Shown here in pieces: positions 22,468 through 30,556 of a DNA stretch of 64,000 nucleotides. Both the position numbers and the translations under genes were made by a program. Below the pieces are notes generated by a model. It did no database searches and had not been told where the DNA came from. It saw only the letters and a program-made list of their open reading frames with translations. The stretch covers positions 1,758 to 65,757 of the forward strand of contig JBGPPC010000001.1 of the NCBI GenBank assembly GCA_041488355.1, given 5' to 3'. The stretch is from Gammaproteobacteria bacterium (GTDB lineage: Bacteria > Pseudomonadota > Gammaproteobacteria > Burkholderiales > SHXO01). The first letter of the stretch is position 1, and the number at the start of each line of letters is the position of its first letter.

Positions 22468-23784
22468 CAGTGCTGTCCGGTTAACGCGTGATTCGAGTTC
22501 CGTAACCTACTGAGCAGTTGAAGCAATGAGCCATTTTTGGTGTGTCCCCGATTTGAACGCCGAATTGCGCGAATCTGTTGCCTTCTCAGGCACAGGTGAC
22601 GCGCATGCACGTTGGCAAGTTGGTGTTCGCCCAGTTGATGGAGCATCTTCCGTGGAAGTCTTTCGGTCGCATCGTCGAGCGTTACGGCGGCGATCATCGG
22701 ATCCGTGGGTTCAGTTGCGCCAATCAGTTCCGCTGCATGGCCTTCGCGCAGCTCACCTATCGCGAGAGCTTGCGCGACATCGCCACCTGCCTTCGTGCGC
22801 AGTCCGCCAAGCTCTACCATCTGGGTATTCGGGGAACGGTGGCACGCAGCACGCTGGCCGACGCGAACGAGGCGCGCGACTGGCGCATGTATGCGGAGTT
22901 TGCCCAACATCTGATCAGGACCGCGCGCCGGCTCTACGTGGACGAGCCCCTCGGCGTAGAGCTCAAGGAGACCGTCTACGCGCTCGATTCCACCACGATC
23001 GACCTGTGCTTGGCGCTGTTCCCCTGGGCGCCATTTCGCTCGACCAAGGCGGCGATCAAGCTGCACACGCTGATCGACCTGCGCGGCAACATCCCCAGCT
23101 TCATCCACATCTCCGATGGCAAGCTGCACGATGTCAATGTCCTCGACCAGTTGCTGCCCGAGCCCGGCGCCTTCTACGTGATGGACCGGGGCTATCTCGA
23201 CTTCGAGCGCTTGCACCGATTGCACCTCGCAGGAGCCTTCTTTATCACTCGCGCCAAGTCCAATCTCAAGGCCCAGCGCCGCTACTCCCATCCGGTGGAG
23301 CGCTCCACCGGCCTCATTTGCGATCAGACCATCACCCTCACGGTGTTCTACTCCAAGGCGGGCTACCCCGAGGCACTGCGGCGCATTCGATTCAAGACCC
23401 AGGAAGGCAAGACGCTGGTGTTCCTGACCAACAACTTCGCGCTGCCGGCGCTCACAATCGCCGAACTTTATCGCTGCCGCTGGCAGGTGGAACTGTTCTT
23501 CAAGTGGATCAAGCAGCATTTGCGCATCAAGTCCTTCTTCGGCACCTCGGAGAACGCGGTCAAGACCCAGGTGTGGATCGCCGTGAGCGTCTACGTCCTC
23601 GTGGCGATCGCGAAGAAACGCCTGGGCCTGGACGCATCCTTGTATGAAACCCTACAGATCCTGAGTCTGACCATGTTCGAGACAACCCCACTGCATCAGC
23701 TGCTTAGACTCGACCCGCAGTGCTCAATTTCGCTGGGTTCGTCGAGTCAGTTGAATCTATTCGAAAGTTAACCGGACACTACTG
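22468..23784 (+). mobile_element. IS4-family insertion sequence (about 1.3 kb) with terminal inverted repeats and a 9-10 bp target duplication
   Basis: IRL is CAGTGCTGTCCGGTTAAC (22468-22485). IRR is GTTAACCGGACACTACTG (23767-23784). ATATGCAGC(C) is directly repeated at 22459-22468 and 23785-23794. Confidence 0.9.
22605..23771 (+). CDS. IS4-family DDE transposase
   Basis: The N-terminus MHVGKLVFAQLMEHLPWKSFGRIVERYGGDHR is of the DUF4372 type. DDE context is YALDSTTIDL, FYVMDRGYLDF and YRCRWQVELFFKWIKQ. Confidence 0.92.
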   Translation: MHVGKLVFAQLMEHLPWKSFGRIVERYGGDHRIRGFSCANQFRCMAFAQLTYRESLRDIATCLRAQSAKLYHLGIRGTVARSTLADANEARDWRMYAEFAQHLIRTARRLYVDEPLGVELKETVYALDSTTIDLCLALFPWAPFRSTKAAIKLHTLIDLRGNIPSFIHISDGKLHDVNVLDQLLPEPGAFYVMDRGYLDFERLHRLHLAGAFFITRAKSNLKAQRRYSHPVERSTGLICDQTITLTVFYSKAGYPEALRRIRFKTQEGKTLVFLTNNFALPALTIAELYRCRWQVELFFKWIKQHLRIKSFFGTSENAVKTQVWIAVSVYVLVAIAKKRLGLDASLYETLQILSLTMFETTPLHQLLRLDPQCSISLGSSSQLNLFES

Positions 23785-24023
23785 ATATGCAGCCTTAAGT
23801 GAGGGCATGCACAACGATTCCGACGATGTCTGCCTCGAGCTTGCCACGAGCATTCGAGTTGTCATAGCGGATTTGGCCGAAAGACTCTCAGCTGCGCTCA
23901 AGGAAGACGCTGGACTAAAGGAGGCGGTGGCGCGATTGGTTGGCAAGAAAAGCAAACCAACCGCCGCATGAAGGATCTGGCGGATCATCAAGCCGTCGCT
24001 AAATCGATGTTGAGGCGGCGCGA

Positions 24024-24542
24024 GTGACAGCTGTGAAGGATTGGATGTACGGAGTTGCCATCCGTCACGATCGGGACCTAATGCTCCTCTGCCGTATTAA
24101 AAGGTCCAGAAAGGGCGATGCGTACTTTCTGATGCCGCGCGACGAGCCTGGCTGGGACCCCCATGCAAGCTATCACCGGGACGGGACGCGCCATGTAAGA
24201 AGTCACGGCGGAAAGTTCCTCGTCAGCAAGGTACAGAAACCCGACGGGTCCTTCCGAGGTACCGAAGGTCTTTACGCAATGGCTATCCAGCCTGGTGAAG
24301 TCCCGCTCCTTAATACGCCTTGCGCACGTGAAGAGTTTTCTGAGGTCTTTGAGATTGGTGGCGAGCAACTACCTATTGAGGAGCATCACACATTGGCAGT
24401 TGATCTCGCCGAACCTGGATACTCCGACATTTTGGTGCTCGGCAAGGAAATCGTCGCTCAGAAAAGCTTTCAGGACTCCTCACCATGGATTCTCGTTACT
24501 CTATGGAGAGGTCTGTTACCGGTCACACCGGAGTGCTCATGA
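24024..24542 (+). CDS. Hypothetical protein (island cargo)
   Basis: 172-aa ORF with no recognised motif. Its stop overlaps (ATGA) the start of the next small gene. Confidence 0.5.
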   Translation: MTAVKDWMYGVAIRHDRDLMLLCRIKRSRKGDAYFLMPRDEPGWDPHASYHRDGTRHVRSHGGKFLVSKVQKPDGSFRGTEGLYAMAIQPGEVPLLNTPCAREEFSEVFEIGGEQLPIEEHHTLAVDLAEPGYSDILVLGKEIVAQKSFQDSSPWILVTLWRGLLPVTPECS

Positions 24543-24733
24543 AAAAGACCACCATCAAAGCAACGGCCGCAGTCCTAGTGGGCACGATGAGCATGTATGT
24601 CTTTGCTGACGAGCAGCAGTCGCCTGGCCTGCCATCGCAGTTGCATGAACACATCGAATCCTCATTTAGCACTTCGGCGCTCAGCAGCGGGTCCGTCATG
24701 CAAATAGGGTCGACCGCCGCGTGGGCACGCTAG
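24539..24733 (+). CDS. Small secreted protein (64 aa)
   Basis: Signal peptide MKKTTIKATAAVLVGTMSMYVFA/DEQQ. It is translationally coupled to the upstream ORF. The track lists a longer 24485 start that I do not favour. Confidence 0.5.
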   Translation: MKKTTIKATAAVLVGTMSMYVFADEQQSPGLPSQLHEHIESSFSTSALSSGSVMQIGSTAAWAR

Positions 24734-24758
24734 ACCGCGGTTTTCGGCTGAGCGACTT

Positions 24759-25574
24759 ATGTCCGATAAGGGTTACTTTCAGAAGGAGAAGTTCGCGACC
24801 GTAGCCATCTCGAGCTTCGATGAGAGCTTGGCGAAATCGGGGCCGATTGACCAAGTTCTTCTGGCCAATACGATTGTTGGCACGGGCTTCAATGTGCACC
24901 CAAGCGGCGTCTTAGTAACGGCGTTTCACGTCTTGAAGCCGTTCATGACAGAAGAGGGGAGTGACAAGCTGGACTGGCTATATTCGAGCAACACAACGCT
25001 TGCTGTTCAAATAGAGAATCCGTTCAAAGCCCCAGTGTCGGCGGTACTGCTACTGGAAGATAGCGGAGACCCGAGTTCGTCAGGGCTCCTAGCCACCGCT
25101 CCGGTCTCGCTCGTCCACGCAAGCCCCGAATGGGACCTTGCAATACTGAGGCTGCCCGATCCTCGCCGCCTCGAATCCCGGCGCTGGAAGTTGTATGGGT
25201 ATCCCTACCTAGAGCTAGAACGGCCCGAATCAGTTACCGAGGGTATGGAGGTTGGCATTTGTGGGTTCCCTCTGGGGTCGGACTTGCAGCGTGGCTTCCG
25301 CATCGTCACCAGCGTACTCACCAAGGGGATTGTCAGCGGGATTTCTCCATTCCCCGGGGCGGGCCAAGTACAGAGCTACCTATTGAATGCCAACACGTAC
25401 GAGGGCAGCAGCGGCGGGCCGGTCATTTCACTCGAAACGGGAAGGGTGTTCGCCGTAGTTGACTCTGGCGTCACGGTCAACAACGAAACGTTACCTTGGC
25501 TTTGCGTCGCCCAACCGCTGCATCGATACGTCACAGACGAGCGGATTCGAAACGCTTTGAGGACGCCGGGCTAG
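24759..25574 (+). CDS. Trypsin-like (S1/chymotrypsin fold) serine protease, no signal peptide
   Basis: The catalytic triad context is readable: TAFHVLKP (His), WDLAILRL (Asp), YEGSSGGPVIS (Ser). Confidence 0.8.
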   Translation: MSDKGYFQKEKFATVAISSFDESLAKSGPIDQVLLANTIVGTGFNVHPSGVLVTAFHVLKPFMTEEGSDKLDWLYSSNTTLAVQIENPFKAPVSAVLLLEDSGDPSSSGLLATAPVSLVHASPEWDLAILRLPDPRRLESRRWKLYGYPYLELERPESVTEGMEVGICGFPLGSDLQRGFRIVTSVLTKGIVSGISPFPGAGQVQSYLLNANTYEGSSGGPVISLETGRVFAVVDSGVTVNNETLPWLCVAQPLHRYVTDERIRNALRTPG

Positions 25575-25787
25575 CCTACGAAGCGCTTCGCAATCCTCCT
25601 TGCTGCTCATGCAACGCGCGTCGACGCCTGGACCAGCCGCTCGGCCCCTGTTGGCAACGGGTAAACGCTGACCTAAGGCGCGAGCTTCCACAGCATCCTA
25701 CCAACGCCCGTCGACAGGTCGGTGAGTTGCTACTGCGCGTTTGTCGACGTACAAGCGGTGGCTATTGTCGCGCATAATTGGTGTCCT

Positions 25788-26315
25788 CTATCGCGCCGGC
25801 GATGATTCCGTATCGTCCTGCCGGGCGACGGTTTCGCGTTGCCACCGAAGGCGACCAATGGACTTGAACTTACTGACCCCCAAAGCGCCGCGCTCGTTTC
25901 GTGATTTTGACCCTGGTTCCTTCAGCGCCCGGACAACTGCTTCGCGCTCAGCTTCATAAATTGCCGTGGCTTCGAAGTTGCCATCAAGGAGAACGAGTAG
26001 AACTGCGTCGAACTCTTTCTCGATGTCGATAGAACCCATGCGCTGACCGCGCTTGCTGCCTTCAAGCACACACCGCCCCTTGATCTGAAGTAGTCGGAGT
26101 TGACCATCACGACTCTCGGTTGCATCGTAGCCCGCTTGTCTAGCGGGTGTCAGGGTGACCCCAAGAATTCGTGCGGCTTCGTACTCGGCGACCTCCCCGG
26201 TTATTCCAAGCGGCTTGCCTGTGAGAGCACGGTATTGCTGAGCGAGCCGCTTTGCGTCAGCCAATAGTGCGAGCACGGGATCGGTCGTCATGTGCTGGGC
26301 GGGATATGAAATCAC
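25788..26315 (-). CDS. DUF6998-like protein (putative PD-(D/E)xK-type fold)
   Basis: 175 aa. LGITGEVAEYEAARILGVTL...GYDATESRDGQLRLLQIKGR...FDAVLLVLLD fits the D...QxK pattern I associate with DUF6998. It is the last gene of a three-gene minus-strand operon. Confidence 0.55.
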   Translation of the reverse strand: MISYPAQHMTTDPVLALLADAKRLAQQYRALTGKPLGITGEVAEYEAARILGVTLTPARQAGYDATESRDGQLRLLQIKGRCVLEGSKRGQRMGSIDIEKEFDAVLLVLLDGNFEATAIYEAEREAVVRALKEPGSKSRNERGALGVSKFKSIGRLRWQRETVARQDDTESSPAR

Positions 26316-26321
26316 CTGGGA

Positions 26322-26723
26322 TTATCTGCATACCGAGGGACACTCACCGCCCGTTCCGCCTGGGCCCGAGTAGCACGGACCACCTGGACCCGCATAACAT
26401 GGACCGCCGGGACCTGAATATGCAAGCCCCCCAGGACCATCGTAGGCAGGCCCTCCAGGTCCTGAATATCGAGGACCACCGGGACCAGGGTATGCGGGAC
26501 CACCGGCCCCGGGGTAACGAGGTCCGCCCGGACCCGCATAACATGGACCGCCGGGAGCTGAATAAGCCGGGCCGCCCGGACCATCGTACGCAGGTCCCCC
26601 TGGACCCGAGTAGCAAGGTCCGCCGGGCCCCGCATACCCCTTGCAGTTACATACATCCTGTCCGACGGCTGGATCGAAATAGGCAAGCGTCACCAAAAGC
26701 AATAGCTTGGCTTTCCATCTCAT
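26322..26723 (-). CDS. Secreted Cys/Tyr-containing protein made of 12 tandem Y-x-GPGGP-x octapeptides
   Basis: GGAGGGAGG lies 8 nt upstream of the ATG. Signal peptide is MRWKAKLLLLVTLAYF. Then come 12 units such as YAGPGGPC YSGPGGPA YDGPGGPA. The DNA has 24-nt periodicity with a 144-nt higher-order repeat. Confidence 0.75.
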   Translation of the reverse strand: MRWKAKLLLLVTLAYFDPAVGQDVCNCKGYAGPGGPCYSGPGGPAYDGPGGPAYSAPGGPCYAGPGGPRYPGAGGPAYPGPGGPRYSGPGGPAYDGPGGLAYSGPGGPCYAGPGGPCYSGPGGTGGECPSVCR

Positions 26724-26827
26724 TGTGGGACCTCCCTCCGCCTGATTACGCTATTCTCGTCCCCCCATTCTCGTGCGCCCCCAAATCTGGCAAGCCCGTC
26801 TGGAAGACTGGTTAGACGTGGGCATGT

Positions 26828-27772
26828 TCAATCTTTCGTCTTCTTAATCTTGTCGAACGCCGCGTTGACCTCCTGCATGCGTCGTGTCGCGAGGTCTTTG
26901 AGAAACTGGTCAAGGATTGGATATCGATCTGGGTGGTATGTCATTGCAAGCGCCTGCCGTCTCGCCTTCGGTGTTTCCTCACGATCGGACAATAGCGGCA
27001 TAAGTACGTCCTCTGGTTCTGCCTCCATTCGATGTGAGTGAATCTCATCGAGGGGAATGAGCTTGTCGTAGGTAAACCTTTCCTTGTACAACGGTGACTG
27101 GATGTTGATGCGGATGCGATGTGGAATGGAGAATTGAGTGGCGACCCTCACACCGGTGCTGGCGCGCCAAGCGAGCTTCCGTGCTCTTGGGTCATAGACG
27201 AGATCGGTATTGCCGATCTTACACTCCAAGAAGTACTCTCCCAACACCTTCTTCAAACTTTGCCCATCTTGCGCACTTGCCCGCTCACCCTTGCTCGCCA
27301 GGATGCTGTCGATGGAATACGCTTCAAAGCCAGTAGGCGTATAGTTTATGACGATGGCGGCCTCGCGCCAGGTCGATAGCAAAATAGCTTGTCTTACCAA
27401 GTTTTGGTCTGCGTGCCAGTTAACTTTTGATTGGAACAAGATCGACTTGGTTTCAGTTCTTGATCCCCAAGAGAGCCTCAACTCGAAAATCCCGTCTGCA
27501 CCGAGATAGGATTCGGTTGCGCCCTTGCCCCGGCCACGAAACTTGGCGTAGTCCATCGACCATTTCCACAGCCCGTATATCTCCTCGTTTTGGTTACGCG
27601 TTACTTCAACGGAGTGTGTTCCTGTTCTTAGGCAGGCGCCAAGATCACCGGTGAGGGTATCCTCGTCCTCGTTCGCTGACCAAAAGTCCGCTACAGCCCT
27701 TTCGATCGATTGGTCCAGATGCTGGGCAATCGATTGCATGACCGCCCTTGGTATGTAGAGTCTGCGCAGCAT
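26828..27772 (-). CDS. Protein with an unknown (nuclease-like?) N-terminal domain and a C-terminal J-domain
   Basis: The C-terminus ARRQALAMTYHPDRYPILDQFLKDLATRRMQEVNAAFDKIKK carries the HPD tripeptide and the helix II/III pattern of DnaJ J-domains. The N-terminal ~250 aa are unassigned (GADGIFELRL...LFQSKV). Confidence 0.65.
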   Translation of the reverse strand: MLRRLYIPRAVMQSIAQHLDQSIERAVADFWSANEDEDTLTGDLGACLRTGTHSVEVTRNQNEEIYGLWKWSMDYAKFRGRGKGATESYLGADGIFELRLSWGSRTETKSILFQSKVNWHADQNLVRQAILLSTWREAAIVINYTPTGFEAYSIDSILASKGERASAQDGQSLKKVLGEYFLECKIGNTDLVYDPRARKLAWRASTGVRVATQFSIPHRIRINIQSPLYKERFTYDKLIPLDEIHSHRMEAEPEDVLMPLLSDREETPKARRQALAMTYHPDRYPILDQFLKDLATRRMQEVNAAFDKIKKTKD

Positions 27773-28047
27773 GTGAAGCGCCTAATATTCGCTAGGTTCC
27801 TTGTGTACTGAACGGCAGGGATGCAGCATACTTGCGCCGCAGGAGAATGACATCCGGGAGCAACTGTGGCAAGCCCGTCACAGACGGACGTGCACCCGAA
27901 GCCCGGATACGCCGCGAGGCGACGCCGCCCCTTCTGGCGCCCTTTATCGCGACCGTAGCAGGGCAGAACTACCCATCCCAACCGTGTAGGGACCATGTAT
28001 CCAGGCGAGCTTCTCAACCTCTTCCCTCCGTTTCGCGGACTGACGTC

Positions 28048-28884
28048 GTGTTCGTCGCGATGAGTTTCGATCATCGCTTCGACGATCTTTGGGACAAGGT
28101 TATCGAGCCTGCCGTTGGACAGGTCGATTGGCAAGGCCGCCGCCTGAAGGCCCATCGAGTCAACCTTACGAAGAAGAGTGATTCGATCATAGCGGAGATT
28201 GTTCAGAACATTGCAGAGGCCAGGCTGGTGCTCGCGGATATATCTACGATCGGGTGGCACCGTCGTTGGCTCAAGAAGGCTACCCCCTTCCGCAGCGCCA
28301 ACGTCATGTATGAGGTGGGGATCGGGCATTCAGCACGTCTTGCTGAGGAGATCGTTCTCATCCGAGGGGACAACGATCTTCTGGACTTCGACGTTCGTGG
28401 TGTCCGGGTGCACCAGTATCCTAGAGATCATGGCGAGGCGCTTGCGTTCGTAAGCGGACTGCTGACTGACGCGCTTAAGGGGGTCGAACAGCGGCGGAGC
28501 CTGGTAGTTCGCCGAGCCCTTCGATCCCTGAGTCCCCCAATGTTCGCCCTCCTTCACACGATGGGGGATATCGCCCATCCTCACGTGACTACCGTTGCAG
28601 AGATGTTCTCGTCGGGCGAGCGCCTTGATGCAGTCAGACACCTGCTCGCCGAGGGTATGATCGAAGCGTTCTATAAGCCGCTCCCCGAGGATTTCATGGA
28701 GCGGCCGGTCGCTGAACTCTTCTCTTACCGGGTCACTCCGTTCGGTCTCGTGGTCTATCAGACCGCCCGGGAAGACCTTCGATTCAACGACGCTCTTATC
28801 CCTTGGCTACAGACGGCAAAGGGCAAGGCGTGGATAAGGGAAGCATCGGCAAGGGCAGGGGACAGCAAGCGGGAGCCGGGATGA
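28048..28884 (+). CDS. Nucleoside 2-deoxyribosyltransferase-like / TIR-like (SLOG-type) N-terminal domain protein with an unknown C-terminal domain
   Basis: VFVAMSFDHRFDDLWDKVIEPAV...LVLADIS...NVMYEVGIGHS...IVLI matches the pattern of that fold class. Start set at GTG 28048, so the long track N-terminal extension from 27832 is not used. Confidence 0.5.
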   Translation: MFVAMSFDHRFDDLWDKVIEPAVGQVDWQGRRLKAHRVNLTKKSDSIIAEIVQNIAEARLVLADISTIGWHRRWLKKATPFRSANVMYEVGIGHSARLAEEIVLIRGDNDLLDFDVRGVRVHQYPRDHGEALAFVSGLLTDALKGVEQRRSLVVRRALRSLSPPMFALLHTMGDIAHPHVTTVAEMFSSGERLDAVRHLLAEGMIEAFYKPLPEDFMERPVAELFSYRVTPFGLVVYQTAREDLRFNDALIPWLQTAKGKAWIREASARAGDSKREPG

Positions 28885-29146
28885 TGCCTATCCTTGGCGT
28901 TCCGAGTTCGCGCCAGGAACAGGGGTTGCCGGCCGCCGGAAGCGCAACCTCCGCGCCGGCGCTTGCGGTTTTCGGTTATCGTCGCACTCACGAGTTACCG
29001 GCATCGGGCCTGTTTACGACCCCGAGAACTCTTTCACCTCAGCGCCCCCGCCCGCACTTCTTCGGCGAAGGTCTTCGCACAGTGTGGCGCCCGCCCGCAC
29101 ACGTTGCGCCGCCACGGCAACGGCTTGAGCAAGGGGATCGTGGGCC

Positions 29147-29850
29147 TCATGCGGCTGCCGCGTCGGCCCCCGCCGTAGACGGTCGAAACACAACCTGCGG
29201 CGCCGCCGCAGCCACGGCCGGTTCCTCGACCGAGTCCCAGGTCGCCTCCGCGTCGCGCTCGAGTGCGTCGAGATAGACGCGCATCCGGCTCAGCGCGACG
29301 CTTTCGGGATTCCAAGAAGGCGCGAACTGCGGTGGCTCCTCGTGGGCAACGGCCAGCGATGGGCGCAGCGGCGCGAAGTTCTCGCTGTTGGGCAGACGCC
29401 CGGCCGCTCTCAGCCGGCTCTCCAGATCGCGCACGACTTCGCGTGTGGCGCGCAGCTCGTCCGCGAGGCAATTGTGCTCCGCCGCGAGTACCCGCACTGC
29501 GCCCTTGCGCACCGCGTTCTCTGCAGCCTGCAGGACACGGCGCGCGGCCTCCACGTCGGCGCTCAACTGCTCGTGTGCCTGGCGTGCAACTTGGTGGCGC
29601 GAGCGAGCCTTGCCGAGCTCCTCTTCGCAGCGGGCGACCTTCGTGTTGCCAAGCTCCGGCTTTTCCCCAGAGCGCAGCCGCTCCGCGATTGCGGTGGCCA
29701 GCTCGCTCTGCGCCGTCTCGTGGTCCTGCGCGCGCTCCGCAAGACGTGCCTGCGTCTCAGCCGCAAGCTCCTCGCCGCGCTTTGCGATCTGTGTTGCCTC
29801 CTCGAGTCGGAGAGGTATCGCTGGACCGTCTTGACGAGCTTCTTAGGCAC
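29147..29850 (-). pseudogene. Coiled-coil protein, apparently frameshifted near its 5' end
   Basis: A long Glu/Ala/Arg-rich heptad-like frame is open from about 29840 to 29147, but its first start codon is the TTG at 29566. A GTG-initiated ORF (MPKKLVKTVQRYLS) in another frame abuts it at about 29805-29815. Confidence 0.35.
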
Positions 29851-29925
29851 AAGCCGGGGTCGGCAGCGGGCGACAGTATTGCGGAGGACGCCGTTGCGTC
29901 AGGATCTATCGGACGTCCTTCGCCG

Positions 29926-30534
29926 TTACACTGACAGTGAGCGCAGTTGCCTGATCTCCGATTCTAGCGCTTCGATACGTCGATCACGTTCCGCGAGCGC
30001 AGCCGCAACGTCCTCGGCCTCGAAACGCTGCGGGATGTGCTGGGGACAGTTGGCATCCCAAGCGACAATGTTGAACAAGATCAGTTGCGCCGCCTGCGCC
30101 TTGTAGCCTTTAGGCATTAGCCGCGTCGTCAACTCCTCGTCGCCCTCGACCACCCGCGCCTCACCCCAGATCTTGACGCGCCGCCGTTGCGCGTAGTCGA
30201 TCAGGAACAGATGCGCCTTCGGATTTTCGGCGAGATTCCCAACCGTGATGAATTGCCGATTACCGACAAAGTCGACGAAGCCAATGGTCTGGTCATCGAG
30301 CACGCGCAGGAAACCCACCGGGCCTCCGCGATGCTGGATGTAGGGTTGCCCTTCGGCGTTCGCGGTAGCAAGGAAAGCGCTCGTCTGCGCCTCGATGAAT
30401 TCCTTCAGGTCCGGTGTGATGCGGCTCTCCCACGAACCCGCCTCCTCCATACGCGCATAGGCGCGCCGCGAGCCCTTCCGAGTCTGCACCGACTTGACGG
30501 TGGCCGTGAAAGCGACATCACTCGAATAGGTCAT
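29926..30534 (-). CDS. Pyridoxamine 5'-phosphate oxidase-fold FMN-binding protein
   Basis: 202 aa with a split-barrel pattern (FLATANAEGQPYIQHRGGPVGFLRVLDD, NRQFITVGNLAENPKAHLFLID, RVKIWGEARV). Confidence 0.8.
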   Translation of the reverse strand: MTYSSDVAFTATVKSVQTRKGSRRAYARMEEAGSWESRITPDLKEFIEAQTSAFLATANAEGQPYIQHRGGPVGFLRVLDDQTIGFVDFVGNRQFITVGNLAENPKAHLFLIDYAQRRRVKIWGEARVVEGDEELTTRLMPKGYKAQAAQLILFNIVAWDANCPQHIPQRFEAEDVAAALAERDRRIEALESEIRQLRSLSV

Positions 30535-30556
30535 GGTCGATTGCCTGAGTGGGGTT

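Larger units (their letters stand above)
21790..23971 (+). pseudogene. Zn-ribbon / DUF4145-like protein gene, frameshifted and split by an IS element
   Basis: The N-terminal part has CDNERCNG...YRCKNCG (a four-Cys ribbon). Removing the IS and one target-duplication copy joins ..NPLKLLYAA|LSEGMHNDSDDVCLELATSIRVVIADLAERL.. in one frame, ending at 23971. That frame is +1 relative to the upstream ORF, with an extra G at about 22435-22437. Confidence 0.7.

Noticed and set aside
25573-25600. About 19-nt similarity (GCCTACGAAGCGCT.CGCA) between the region after the protease gene and the 3' end of gene 20945-21754 (about 21697-21720).
   Set aside because: A rough expectation for an 18-of-19 match between any two positions in 64 kb on both strands is of order one. 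No further copies or flanking structure were seen.
26340-26640. Tandem repeats (the 24-nt units here and the 7-nt units at 48114-48154 and 59576-59602) as a possible CRISPR array.
   Set aside because: The repeat periods are far too short, no unique spacers separate the units, and no cas genes are present. The 24-nt array is in-frame coding sequence.
28991-29038. Possible right-end att repeat. CGAGTTAC and CTCTTTCAC here resemble CGAGTTACTCTCCTTTCAC at the left junction (18586-18604).
   Set aside because: The two short matches are split by ~27 nt on the right side and are individually near chance level. Serine recombinases do not leave long direct repeats. I could not support it as a boundary.
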